The position numbers were made by a program, and so were the translations under genes. From assembly GCA_030324005.1 (NCBI GenBank), contig JARDVH010000084.1, forward strand, positions 39,142,465-39,206,464: DNA of 64,000 nucleotides, read 5' to 3'. Shown piece by piece: positions 1-12,824 of the stretch. The notes below the pieces were generated by a model. The model did not search any database. It worked only from the letters and a program-made list of their open reading frames with translations, and was not told the DNA's origin. This DNA comes from Negaprion brevirostris. Its lineage: Eukaryota. Each line of letters starts with the position of its first letter. Position 1 is the stretch's first letter.

Positions 1-698
1 GCTGGAGAGGATGCAACATTTATTTATGGGACAAATTAATGATGCTGAATCCAAGTTAAATATCCAGCATTAAAAAAAACTGAAAGGAAGATAGTTCATC
101 GATAAGCAATATGAACTAATTTTTAAAAAATGCAATTTCTCAGTCAAGGATCAGATGTCCGACTACACAATCATTTTACTTTAAGCCACTTACATAGAAT
201 TATCAGGGCACCAATATTCAGTGCAGTGAGGTGAAGTACTCAGCCACTGAAATCACTAGCCCAAAGATAAAAGACAGAATGTTATTTTAGCAATAAAATG
301 CCCTAAATACAATACTGTACCATTTAATTTTTTTCATCTATGGATCAATAATTTCGATGACAATTACATAAATTCTTGGTGAATACATTAAGGTCTTGAA
401 ATAATTTAAATTCTCAGTGAATACAAGGTCTTGAAACAATTTCAACAATTTCATGTTTTCCTTTAAAATTGATAACTTTATAACACTGATTGGGCAACAA
501 ACCACAAATTTCCTCATAAATACATCACAGCAATTTGAATGAACACTCTATGCTTCTTTTCAGTGCTCTCAGGCATCACTAAGAAATTAAAACTTAGTGT
601 GCCAAGCTGTCCAATTAACAGTTCATAGTCACAGTCACTTATGTTCTTCTTTACTATTATGTTAACCTTATTTGTTAGTGTTTATTAATATTATTTAC

Positions 699-876
699 CT
701 CAATAATTTTGTCCCCTGTCTTCAGAGCTTTGGATCTTCCAGCTGGACTGTCCTCTAACACATGTTTAATAAAAATTCCNNNNNNNNNNNNNNNNNNNNN
801 NNNNNNNNNNNNNNNNNNNNNNNNNNNNNNNNNNNNNNTTCCAAGTGATTCTCCCGGTTCTCGCCAAAGCTCAACC
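699..876 (-). CDS. PATJ: PATJ-like exon, PDZ equivalent to PATJ PDZ6 / MPDZ PDZ7 ([12 protein letters not shown]-[gap][27 protein letters not shown])
   Basis: ttctag|G acceptor, GAG|gtaaat donor; 178 nt, phase 2/0. ALKTGDKI is PATJ-type. Internal 59-N gap preserves frame. Confidence 0.92.
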
Positions 877-1862
877 CTAGAATAAAGATACATTTGCTTG
901 TAATTTAGGCTGTAATGATGAGTGCATCTCATTGCCTAATTTCTGTTTTGCCAAATTCAAAACCATCCATTAAATAATATTCAAAATATTTCAGTATTTA
1001 CAATGAGGTCAAAGTTTTTTTTGGAGGAAAGGCCTTCTTTATGGCATTTTACGTCAAGTTCAAAATTCATGGTTTGTGGTTTCAACCTATAAAAATGGAA
1101 TACATTGCCAAATGAATACTTCTATGGAAGAATGTTTTCACAGTACTGAAAAAAAATCAACATTCAAAATGCAAAAATGAAACAAACGGAAGTATATAAA
1201 GATAAAAGTGACATTCTAAAGAAAGATGGTCACTTTATGTTACAAGATTTAACTCTCGATACTGGATACTACAAACACAAAAGGCTATCTCATCTTGCAA
1301 ATGCTAATTAGTATATCTGTGATGACAATGGAGCAAATCTTAGTTCATGCATTGATTAGATTGACTTGGCGAATGCCATGTCAATCCACCTCAATCATGC
1401 AAGAGTTGCAGTGGAGATCCCACTTTCATAAAGCGCATGGCAGCAACCATTGTCTGAGTGAAGCTAATGGAAATAGAGGCAGTTATCGAGATCACATAAA
1501 ACATCCAACACATAATATTTCATATTTTAAAAATTCCTCAATTTAAATTCAAATGCATTAAAATGAACATTGCACCACACACCTGCAAAACTACAAAACA
1601 TCTCTAACAGTGTGGTTCCACTTGCACCCCTATACAGTGCATATATTAGAGAGAGTCTTGAATTGTCTAAGGTGCTCCCCCTTGATCCCATAAAAAAATT
1701 GACAGGTTGTGTGGCTTTATCTTTACTAATACCAGTACTTTTCTGGCTCAAACAAATAAGATGCAATGAGTTGGAATCAGGTGCAATGAAATAAAACGTT
1801 ATGAAAGAGATCTGTATTTTAATATGTACAGGACACTGTAATAACATTTAAAACCTTCATGT

Positions 1863-2056
1863 GTTGTCTACTTCATACACTGCAGAAAAAGACGTCCTGA
1901 GGCATGGTACATCGGCAAGGCCATGCAGACGCTATGACAATGGATGAAAGACCACTGTCTGGAGCATCACCACGTAAGAGTGTTCCCTTCCAGTCAGGAA
2001 ATACTTCAGCAGTCAGGGGCATTCAGCCTCTGATCTTTGGGTAAGTGTTCTCCAAG
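1863..2056 (+). mobile_element. Penelope-like element GIY-YIG endonuclease remnant
   Basis: Translates VVYFIHCRKRRPEAWYIGKAMQTL*QWMKDH...CSLPV..YFSSQGHSASDLWVSVLQ: VVY/YIG motifs with stops and a frameshift. Confidence 0.8.
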
Positions 2057-2063
2057 ACTTCAG

Positions 2064-2123
2064 AGGGGAACCAATATCCTGGGGGGTAAATTTGCAAAGG
2101 CTATGCAGGGAGGTTTAAACTGA
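2064..2123 (+). mobile_element. CR1 LINE ORF1 (esterase) C-terminal fragment
   Basis: RGTNILGGKFAKAMQGGLN* resembles the recalled end of CR1 ORF1. Confidence 0.55.
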
Positions 2124-2852
2124 TTNNNNNNNNNNNNNNNNNNNNNNNNNNNNNNNNNNNNNNNNNNNNNNNNNNNNNNNNNNNNNNNNNNNNNNNNNNN
2201 NNNNNNNNNNNNNNNNNNNNNNNNNTACAGAAATAACGAGGGTACAAAGTAAACTGGAACAATTCACTGCAAACAGCACAAGAGGGTAATCTACATCGTT
2301 CACTGTTTAGCACTGATAGTCAAAGGGAATGCAAATAAATTCTTAGGATGCAGAGTTTAAATAAGGCAGCACATAACCAAGGGCATGATAATTAGATTGG
2401 ATCAAGATCAGATTCCTGTCCAGCTTGTCTCCTGTATCCTGTTCTGGGCAGTACACCATGGAGTGGACTAATCCCCCGCTTTGGTGGAAAGAAAGGTGAT
2501 AAATGGGATTAGCCAACTGAGCTGCGAGGGAAGATTAAGAATAATTGATGTGTTGATATTGGAATAAAAGTAGCCATGGCAAACCTCTTCAAGAATCATC
2601 AAGGAAACGGATAAACGGGATCCCAGCATGACCAAGATTAATACAAACTCAAAGGTCAACATTTGCAATGGCCTGTGGTGGCAGTGGAATTGGAGAACTT
2701 TGAAGACTTTTAGCAGAGCAACTGATACTTTTTTGATAATAGCAGAGGTAGAACAGATTAAGAAGCCTGTGATCTCTGAGACAGGCCCAATGTGATAACA
2801 CCCAGGCCTGTTTTGTTGTGTGTTGCAAAGAAAGAAGTCGAGAAATATAAGC

Positions 2853-3143
2853 TTTTAAGTTTATTTATTAGTGGCACAAGTAGATTTACATTAACACTGC
2901 AATGAAGTCACTGTGAAAACACTCCGGCGCCTGTTTGGGTACACTGAGGGAGAACTTAGCATGGCCAATGCACATAACCAGCATATCTTTCGGACTGTGG
3001 GAGGAAATTGGAACACCCAGAGAAAACCCACGCAGACATGGGGAGAATGTGCAAACTCCACACAGATAATGAGTTAAGCCAGGGATTGAACCCGTGTTCC
3101 TGGCGCTGTGAGGCAGCAATACTAACCACTGTGCCACCGTGCT
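2853..3143 (-). mobile_element. tRNA-derived V-SINE (HE1-like), near full length
   Basis: Minus strand has a tRNA-like A/B-box head (gcacggtggcacagtggttag...ggttcaatccc), central ggtttcctcccacagtcc domain and an AT-rich tail. Multiple copies in the window. Confidence 0.85.
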
Positions 3144-3834
3144 AAGGTAGACATGGTTTAATATATGCAATGTTTAATGATGCATCATGAACTTGTTTGA
3201 TTTCTTTTGGAGGTTGGGAGTCCCAAAAAATTATTGACTTGAATTTTGATTGGGGTCTTTCCCTATTGGTGATATTCACTCCAGTGTTGCATTTCCAACC
3301 TATCACAGTTTCTTCTGACAGCTCACCGTGTTATGAACATTGTATAAGATTCTTCCTTCCTGTGCAAAGCCGAACAAGTGATTTAGAGCAACTGCAACAT
3401 GGTAAATAATCAGCATCATTACAATGCAGATTCATTTTGTCCACTACGTTCTGAGTCAGATGATTTACCAAACTTTAGTATGTGAAAAACCTGCAGTGTG
3501 TTCCCTGATATAATGCATTTTCATTGTTTGCCAGATTTATATTTCATTTTTGCTTTGAAGGCAATAATAATAACTGAGATTTAAGTCTTCCAGCAAAGAA
3601 AAAAAAGAACATTTGCTGCTGCACCAGGAATATTTCACAATTATATCTCCATGTGTTTGACCCCTTGCAGGCCGCTTGACAAACAGGCTGGATAGTATCT
3701 TACAAAGCAATTCAAACCTCACCAACTCCCAGCTTTGAACACCCACCTCGCCCGTAGTGTTGACTTGTTCAATTGTTTAGCATTCATGATGTGAGTCTGG
3801 TAACTGATCCACGCTTACTGTATTTGATTGCGTT

Positions 3835-4042
3835 AAGAAGACTCACAACACCAGGTTAAAATCCAACAGGTTTATTTGGAATCACGAGCTTGTGGAGCAC
3901 TGCTCCTTCATCAGGTAAATCGCCTGATAAAGGAGGAGTGTCCCAAAAACTCGTGAATCCAAATAAACCTGTTGGACTTTAACCTGGTGTTGTGAGGCTT
4001 CTTACTGTGCCCACCCCAGTCCAATGCCGGCATCTCCAAATC
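3835..4042. mobile_element. Penelope-derived palindromic short element with two decayed hammerhead motifs
   Basis: 3835-3916 is an inverted repeat of ~3922-4003. Both arms carry CTGAT(G/A)AAGGAG-hairpin motifs. Confidence 0.75.
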
Positions 4043-4641
4043 ATTCCCTTTATTCTCAGCAATTTTATGCAGTGCCTTTGATATGCATGCAGCATTTCAA
4101 GAAGGCGACTCACCACCACCACCTCAAGGGCAACTCGGGATAGGGAATAAATGCTGGCCAGCCAGCGACGTCCATGTCCCATGCACCAATAAAAAAATTG
4201 CGTGTGAAAATACATACACCTAACACCCCTTGTATTTCTTTCATTAACACTCCATTATTTCCTCAAAGAACTCTACTAGAAATGTCAAAAATGAATTACT
4301 TTCCACCATATCAATTGTCCTTAATGAAGCTAGGCTTTAATTTCATCTGGGTTTGTGTCCTCTTGGCGGCTTCAATTAACAAAGCATTTTACTTCAAAGG
4401 CAAGTTGTGAGAAATAACTGAAAGTTATTTCGTAAAGTTATTAACTGAAATAACGAAGTTATTCCTGAAAGGCACATTCAATGAACTAATTTACGCCTTC
4501 TTTCTAAACACTCTGCACAAGTCCATTGTATCATCTACAATCTAGGTGTTGTGGTTATGTAGCAGTAAAAATATCTACATGGTAAAACAAGTTAGAAAAT
4601 TCTTGAAGAAACAAATACCAAAACTTCTGATGCCCTCTTAC

Positions 4642-4713
4642 CATCTTGGTGCCTCCCAGTGACTTATGACTGGGGTTTCTTCTCCCTCGCCTTCTTCTCT
4701 TTCAGGCAGTTCA
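4642..4713 (-). CDS. PATJ: PATJ-like exon ([23 protein letters not shown])
   Basis: ttttgaccag|T acceptor, TG|gtaaga donor; 72 nt, phase 2/2. Close to recalled human [27 protein letters not shown]. Confidence 0.92.
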
Positions 4714-7439
4714 CTGGTCAAAAACAGAATAAAACCATGTTGGAACACAATATAATGGTATTTTTAATATTAGGACAATGAACTTCAAATAAGGTAAACA
4801 AGCCAGATTAATGGATAGAAATGTAACTTTAAAATGAGACCAACCAAAACATATAATATTTGAATGAACAATATTCATCTTTAAATCTAATACTAATTCA
4901 TCAATCTTGAAATATAATTAGTGGCACCTGTGAAAAGGACTTAAATTTGGCAATGAATCCCATACTTCTATGGGAAACAATAAAAAAGAACTGCTAATAA
5001 CAGGTGACTTGACTGTTCACAAGCAGAGCAGCTTAATGAACACAGCGCAGGACAGTATTATAAACACTATGATGGTTGCTGATAGACACAGCCCAAGCTC
5101 CAATCAAAGCATAAGTCAAGTCATTGTAAACAAAAAAAGAAATTGTTGAACATTTAATGGAGTTTCATTGGCATCCATGAAGTGAAAAAATATATAAATG
5201 GTTTTTGGGGAGACACTTCATAAAAATTAGACAGAATATTAACTCTTTTTTCCCCCCTCTTATCGGGCATTGCCAGTTCTGCAGTATATTTTCAGTATTT
5301 TCTGTTTGTTGTTCATAATTTTGTCATTTGCAGTTTTCCCTTCTTAGATCTACAGTTCTTCACTCATTTCTGATATCAAAGCTTCCTCCAACTTGTGAAA
5401 ACTGGAAAAATGAGACTGTAAGGTCAGTAACTGACAGAAATAAAATTAAGGTGGTGTCTTTGTTGCAGAAGGTCCACAAAAGAAAAAGCCAGATATAGTA
5501 CAGTAACATTGTGAGAGAATTAACTGACACTGGGAGTGGATTGAGACCAGTCTAATTTGGAATCCATATTCAAAAAAGTTGACAAAATTGAAATCAGCAA
5601 TGACAAAACGATTAGTTAACTTCAATTCCATCTAAAACAGTGCAATTAATTATCAGGAGAAAATCTGAGGAATAGCTGTTCAAAACAACTTTCTTCATTT
5701 CTCTGAAGGTGTGACAACATCAGTTGATTGTGGCAAATCCAAAAGTGCTTTGTACTTAGACTTTCAAAAAATCTTTCACAGATTGAAACGCATGACGTGC
5801 TGTAGTCTTCCTCTCTCGGATATGGTACATCGCTCTCATTGAAGGATTCTGTGATCGATAATTGCTCAGCATTACAAGCACTTAATAATCACAGGCCTGA
5901 AATCTTTGAAAGTACTTAATATTGGCATCAATACATTTCTGCTAGCTAAGCTAGGGCACATGAGAAAAAGCTGATAAATGGAGTTGAGATAGATCATCTA
6001 TGATCTAACTGAAAGGCAGAACGGGCTTGAAGAACTAAATAGTCCTGCCTTGTTTCTGGCTTATAAAAATTAACACTTTTGTAAGGTGCCAGGAAGTTGC
6101 CAATACAAGCAGAGGATTTCCATGAATGTATTATGATTGTCACATTCAAGTAAAACTGAAAGCTACAATTTTAAAATATGTTTCCATCAATTTAAAGACT
6201 TCAAATCCCACAGTTTACCACTATACTCCTCAAACACATGAAAACCATGCACCAACAAAAAAATGAAGAATTGTCTGATAATGTGGCCTAGTAAAAATAA
6301 ATGAAGCAATATTAAATGACAATAGTAAAGCTCCAAAGAACTTGCGGAGGACATTTGTCAAAGTATTGAAAATTTGTTTTGGGATTCCATCTCATACTGA
6401 TGAAGTTTGTGTGTGTTTCGTGTGTAGCATTTAGTAAAAATTTTGAATAAAATGAAAATTATTTCTCAAATTATTTGCAAAATACAAATTATAAACAAAG
6501 TAATCAATTATGATGACTATGTGTGCAACAATCAAATGTAATATACAGCCTAGAGTACAAATAAGACACTGATCTCAACTGTCTTTCAACCATTAATCAA
6601 TATATACCACTGTTAAAAGCTTTTGCATAATAGCTATCAAGAACTCAAGGCAATGGATCAGTAGTACCCATAATAGCCACTTAAACTGCTGCAATTTATT
6701 CCATTAGAGTCTATGTTCAAAGCTGGGCATGAAACATTTTTGCAAATGTGCTTTGATATGCAAATTAGAGATTATGATCCACAGTAGAGATTTGTGTTTA
6801 ATGTTTCTCCACAGGTAATGTTCAGCTATCGTTTGTGCAAATGCAACTGTTCCAATGTTGAAAAATTGTAATAATGCGCTAAGTTTAAATATTTACAAGA
6901 TCTATTCAATTTTGTTTCACCGTAGATATTTAGAAAAATTAATTGCTGCGAAAGTCAGCGTTGTACTCAATTTAGAAAACATTAACAAAGCTACTTCTTC
7001 AGTACATTTTCTTTATCTACTTTTCCACTCCATAGCACCATAAACTATACTTTCCAACACTGTTTTGCAAAGTTGCATTGTGCGAAGTTCACACAAATAC
7101 ATACACGAAAAAGGTTGGATAACCGCAAGGCAGCCCAATCTCATTCACTCCAATCCAAACCTGTCCGGACCTCTGAACCTGAATTATGCTAAAAGTTTGT
7201 ATGAATATACATCTTCCTTTCTTTAAGTTTATGTTGCAAATATATGACACTACTTCGTAAGTACAAACTGAAAAACATCAAAATAATGAACAGCTACCCA
7301 ACCTTAAACAATTTATAAAAAAACTTGTCCTCTTTCAACAAGTAACCTCTTTGCTTGAGCTGTTGTTATTTTGAAATGAAATGTCTTAAAAAATTAGTTG
7401 TATTCCAAAAACTACTTAATGTGATTGGAAAATGAAAGA

Positions 7440-7660
7440 CTGACATTCATAATGGCACTTTTCATTCCCACCAGATGTCTGAAAACATCTTTATGGCAAG
7501 TGAACCACTTTTTGATGTGTAGTCATTATTGTTATGTGGCAGCTAGTACAGTGTGTGCACAGCAATACCTACAAACAGCAATGTGACAGTGACCAGTTAA
7601 TCGGTTTCTGTGACTTTGAAGGATAAATATTGGCTAGGATATGAAGGATTACTGCCACCG
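7440..7660 (-). mobile_element. Old SINE fragment with L2-like tail (possibly Deu-type)
   Basis: Diverged match to a recalled common shark SINE (gtgtagtca...cacagcaa..acaaacagcaatgtga...ggataaatattggc). Confidence 0.4.
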
Positions 7661-7746
7661 AAGCACCTTGAAATAAAATTTCAATCCAAAAATATTATTA
7701 AAAATTTGCTGTCTTTCAATTCTTAGAATATGATTAACGTAAATAC

Positions 7747-7866
7747 CTGACAGCAGTTTTCATCCTGGTTTCTGATGCCAATATTGCAGCACTACCGGGC
7801 CTGGTTTGTTTTGATGAAAAACTTCTTTTATAGTCTTCCACATCTTTTGCAGGTACATAGGTAACC
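7747..7866 (-). CDS. PATJ: PATJ-like exon (VTYVPAKDVEDYKRSFSSKQTRPGSAAILASETRMKTAV)
   Basis: ctag|G acceptor, AG|gtattt donor; 120 nt, phase 2/2, matching both neighbours. Resembles MPDZ ITYVPAEHLEEFK, the end of PDZ6. Confidence 0.8.
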
Positions 7867-8392
7867 CTAGATTCCATACCCACCCCAAAGGAGAAGAAGT
7901 TATTTAAAAAAAACACTTTAATCAACACATACAAAGGTTAGATCACAATACGCAATGAGACACTGGTCTCCACAAAGTCCACTCCACTAACAGCCCAACT
8001 AATTTAGAGTAGGCGGTCAGATCAAGAAGCTGTGATTTTTGATCCTTAGACTAACTGTTCTGATGTAAGGAAGCAGGAGAAGTGCTAAAATTTGCCTCAT
8101 GAATCAGCGAGGATAAATAAATGAACAAGTCATTTTTACTTCCACTTTTTATTTGACTGCAAGTATCTGCATTAGGGTAGAATTGGGATTGCTATGATCA
8201 AAACAACACTGACATTTAATATTAAGCCTTATAAATGAACCACTGTCACTTGGGAAAGCTAAGGGTTCCAGAAGGCATCAGGATGTATGATCACAAGCAA
8301 ATGGATGGTGTTTTCAGGTTAAGAGAGAAGAGGAAAAATTGGCAGACAAAACTGGTAGGCTTTCTCCTAATAAATTCACTAGTACCAAAGTA

Positions 8393-8720
8393 CATAAGAA
8401 CATAAGAAATAAGAGCAGGAGTAGGCCATCTAGCCCTTCGAGCCTGCCCCGCCATTCAATAAGATCATNNNNNNNNNNNNNNNNNNNNNNNNNNNNNNNN
8501 NNNNNNNNNNNNNNNNNNNNNNNNNNNNNNNNNNNNNNNNNNNNNNNNNNNNNNNNNNNNNNNNNNNNCATTCCATCCGGTCCTGAGGACTTGTCCACAA
8601 TCAGTCCCTCCAGTCTGTCGAGCACCGCCTCTCTAGTAACAATAACGTCACTGAGACCCTCCAGTCCTACCGCCTTTCCATCGCTAACACCCGGCAAATT
8701 ATTCACGTCCTCCTCCGTGA
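8393..8720 (-). mobile_element. CR1 LINE fragments (3' tail and ORF2 linker), split by a gap
   Basis: (cataagaa)n tail with aggccatctagcccttcgagcctg. Minus-strand translation LDRLEGLIVDKSSGPDGM is typical CR1 pre-RT sequence. Confidence 0.8.
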
Positions 8721-8723
8721 GTA

Positions 8724-8778
8724 CAAACATATATAACAAACATATATACAAACATATAAAGTACAAACATATATAAAA
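8724..8778. repeat. Short imperfect tandem repeat (ACAAACATATAT-like) x4
   Basis: Directly visible. Confidence 0.7.
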
Positions 8779-10002
8779 CTTCACTAATACCTACAATTTA
8801 AATAAACTATTAAAAACAAACACACAAAAGCAGCATTCACTTTTCTTCTCTTACAGCCTCCTAACATGTATCAAGCTCACCACTTTTGCAATGCACACAG
8901 GCACAGTGAAATTAGTGATTTAAGGACCAACAAAAGTTATCAGGCCAAAGATTTTGCTTATCCATAACAAAATCAACTTGCATTCATATTCCAATGTGTT
9001 TAACAGAGGTGTAATTTGACAAAAATGATGAGCTTTGAGCTATGCTATCTTATGACTTACATCAAGGATTGCCCAGTCTCCATTTGGAAGGTGGCCACAA
9101 GCAATAAGCTTTTACTAAACATCTGAAACTGCCTTTTACAATCTTAACTTTCAGCCTTTGTCAGTTTGTACACAACTACGTAACTGCAGCTAATCATCTC
9201 AACCAGACCCTTCCCTTTTGGAGACATAATCCTTATTAGAAGTATCACATTCTGTCATCTTGATTGATCCCTCTGGTTTGCCCCTTACCTCTGCTCCCTA
9301 AAGTCAATGGATGCTAAGTTCATATGTCGGCAATCCGTCTACCCATTCACTATTAGATCTGGCGGTACCACACAAAGCTCTATCAGACTTACTCTCATCT
9401 GGCAAAATTGCTCACTCTAATCTAGGATGATCTTGGAATAAAGCTAATAACCAGCTTTGGTTTAGCAAATACTTTAGAATGATCACACTCCAGTGAAGCA
9501 TCTTGGAACACGTTTCTAGGTTAATGGCACTGTGCAGGAAAAAGTTATTGTTTGAAACTCTGGTCAGATCTTGAAACATCTTCAGTGACTTTCGAGTAGC
9601 ATCCATTCAAGCATTGGAATTTTGATAATTCTACTTAATCCTCATGCAATACTCATTCTTTTTCATTGAATGTTCCGGTATTGGTCACCATTACCAGAGC
9701 TGTAAGCAATTAGTTTAGTTTAAATTGATCCGATGAAAGGAGAATTGAGAAGGTCGAGAATTAATTCTCAATACTACACTTTTATCTTGGACAGATTCCA
9801 CTGTTATACATAATCTACCTTCCAACTTCAACAATATATTTTAGTATAGTTACACAAAAAGACAAGCAGTCAACAGTGCACCAACTATAGTACTCCACCA
9901 TAAACATCAAAAATAATTAAATTTAGTTCGAGCAAAATTGCTTACTGACAAATGGAAATGTGTAAACTGAAATTTAGTTGCAATATTCGAACCAGTTGTT
10001 TT

Positions 10003-10322
10003 CATAGAACATTACAGCGCAGAACAGGCCCTTCGGCCCACGATGTTGCGCCGACCAATTAAAAAGCAATGACCCTCTANNNNNNNNNNNNNNNNNNNNN
10101 NNNNNNNNNNNNNNNNNNNNNNNNNNNNNNNNNNNNNNNNNNNNNNNNNNNNNNNNNNNNNNNNNNNNNNNNNNNNNNNACCTCTCGGCCCAGCTCTGCA
10201 ACTTGTCCAAGTCTCTCTGTAAACTATGACACCCCTCCTCACTATCTACCACACCTGCGACTTTGGTGTCATCAGCAAATTTACTAATCCACCCAACTAT
10301 ACCCTCATCCAGATCATTTATA
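10003..10322 (-). mobile_element. CR1 LINE RT C-terminus and 3' tail, gapped
   Basis: [33 protein letters not shown]; tail catagaacattacagcgcagaacaggcccttcggccc. Confidence 0.85.
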
Positions 10323-10633
10323 GATTTTCATCCACAAATTAAAGCATAGTGCGGTGTACTTTGGGTTACAAATATGAGCAAGCAAGAATTTCCAATTTGA
10401 AGTGAACCACAAAATAAAAGGCATCTATTGAATTGTCTTAGCGCATCATTTCTCAATTTCTCTATTCACAAAAATAAAGTGTATTTATTTCACAATCAAA
10501 ATCCTCTTGACATTTGTTAAATGATTCAGGTTTGTAACAAAAACATGAGCAGATCTACTGTCATGAAACTAATAATTTATAGCAAGTTGAAGGGGAGAAA
10601 AACAGCTACCAGTACAACACAAGAAATACTCAC

Positions 10634-10829
10634 AAAATTTTTTCAGTTAAGGCTTTGTTGGCAAAGACAAAATGTGTCTGAGCAGAATTTAGACCACAAA
10701 TGGATTCCTTGTTCACAGCAACAATATAATCTCCTTCCTGGAGCTGTCCATCTTTTCCAGCAGCCCCCTCATTATTAATACGCTTGATAAATGCCCCAGG
10801 TCCTCTCTGATCATTTTTTATATTCAATC
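10634..10829 (-). CDS. PATJ: PATJ-like exon, body of the extra PDZ (GLNIKNDQRGPGAFIKRINNEGAAGKDGQLQEGDYIVAVNKESICGLNSAQTHFVFANKALTEKIL)
   Basis: ttttacctag|GA acceptor, TT|gtgagt donor; 196 nt, phase 1/2, matching both neighbours. PDZ signature GAAGKDGQLQEGDYIVAVN. Confidence 0.88.
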
Positions 10830-11233
10830 CTAGGTAAAACAATAATAATATTCATACAAGGATATTTTGCTGCAACTTAAAATAACACAACAGAGGATGA
10901 ATGCATTCTATGCTGTACAGACTGATTATTCTGTAAGTGCAAATATACACAAAAAAAGGCAAAGCACAACTCCTATGGCCACAAACACCAAATTCCACGC
11001 CAAGCCAGATACAACAGATAACATAATTAACAGTCACTTACAAGAACTTTCATATGACAGTTAAAAGATAATCCTTTATTAGCAAGTGAAAGCAAACAAG
11101 CAGACAGGAGCTTAGATTTTATCAATGTTATTTTAAAAGTTCCCTTTTCAAGTGAGTGAGTAATTGTCAGAACTGAGATTAATACTGATTAGGAGAACCC
11201 AGATTCCAGATTTCTAAAGATACTGGCACGGAG

Positions 11234-11331
11234 GTTTTCTGCTCCAGCTAAAATGGTGCATCAACTACTCTATCCATAGTGGCCTGGAGTCATGCCGTTT
11301 CCCATAAGTCGGTGGGAGGGGAGCAGAAAAC
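11234..11331. repeat. Small MITE-like element with 12-bp inverted repeats
   Basis: gttttctgctcc (11234-11245) and ggagcagaaaac (11320-11331). Confidence 0.4.
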
Positions 11332-11522
11332 AGCTGTAGCTGGATGTGTGACTCGCAACCTTGAGTAATATACAAGATTATTAGCTACATTATCTCTGAA
11401 AGAAACTAGCAAAAATGTGTATTACAAACTTAGAAAAATAAATTTAAAAAGCATGAAAATATTACAGATTAGAAATAGAGATGGCAATACATCTTTGCAT
11501 TCTAATTGATCAGAGATCAACA

Positions 11523-11831
11523 GGCAGCACGATGGCACAGTAGTTAGCACTGTTGTCTCACAGCATGAAGGACCCCGTGTTCGATTCCCAGCTTGGGTCA
11601 TTGTGTTCGGAGTCTGCACATTCTCCCTGTGTTGGCATGGGTTTCTTCTGGGTGCTCCGGTTTCCTCCCACAGTCCGAAAGACGTGCTAGTTAGGTGCAC
11701 AGGCCATGCTAAAAAACTCTCCCTCAGGATACACAAACAGAAGGGAGAGTGTGGCGTTTAGGGGATTTTCATAGCAACTTGATTGCAGTGTCACTATAAG
11801 CCTACTTCTGACAATAATAAATAAACTTAAA
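11523..11831 (+). mobile_element. tRNA-derived V-SINE (HE1-like)
   Basis: Same family as 2853-3143, opposite orientation. Confidence 0.85.
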
Positions 11832-12824
11832 ATATATGTAAACATAGATAGTCACGTAGCAACTTGGAGTAGTTACAGTTATTGTCTAGATAGACAAGGA
11901 GCAATTTTGCCAGGCCTTGCCTTGCTCTCCATCACTCCATTCAAGGAGCACCTTGGATAATTTTCAGGCACTGGGCCAATATATGACTAGATATAGGTCA
12001 AACACCCAATTAGAACTGTTTGAGGTATTTGGGTTGTCCTAAGTGCAGCAAGGAACATGCTTCCTCCACTCAGGTTTTTCATGCACATATTGCTTGAAAC
12101 TGTTTCAATAAATGCTTTTGTTTGATGAAAATCTTAGAATGAAGCAATTCTAAGAGAACACAGTAAAGAATTTCTTCACTTATTGAACTTGATCAGTGGA
12201 AAGCATCCCACAATGGTATGACACTATGCTAACTTTCAAACAGCTGATTTTTAAAAAATCAGCGATGTTCAACCACATTTCAAGCTGTATCTATCTCTTA
12301 CCCATTCTTTCATGTACAAGTGCCAATGAAAATCTCTATTTCGAATATTCCTTTTTAAATGTTAAAATTACAATTAAATGATCAGTATTTCCAACACCAA
12401 ATGTTAGCACCCTACGATGGAACACACTTCAACAGATCCTATTTGATTCATAATAATGCTTATGTAGGAGCTATTGGACATTGTAGTTAATACAAAATTA
12501 CTCAATGAACATTTTGCCTTATTGCATTCATCATAGTAGATGTTACTTCCCATAACTGATGTATTTCTTCAGCTGCCAATTAAATGAAATGTCATTAAAG
12601 TAAGTCAAGTAACACTCCCTTTCCCCAACCAAATCCTCTCCTTCCTTTCATATCAAATGAACAATTATCACACTTACCCTGCCTGTTAAATTTTAAATCG
12701 TCATGGATGTTGAGTGCATATCCATGCAAATTCAGTATAATTCAGAGACAGATCTGAAGAATGAAGAAAGAAATTCCACATTCTAAAATAATAAAACTTT
12801 CCTGAAGGAATAGTATAGTTGTTT

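Noticed and set aside
2853-3143. tRNA genes
   Set aside because: The tRNA-like sequences are SINE heads followed by SINE bodies, in multiple diverged copies.
8314-8784. Long ORFs on both strands
   Set aside because: CR1 fragment and its antisense reading, extended through Ns.
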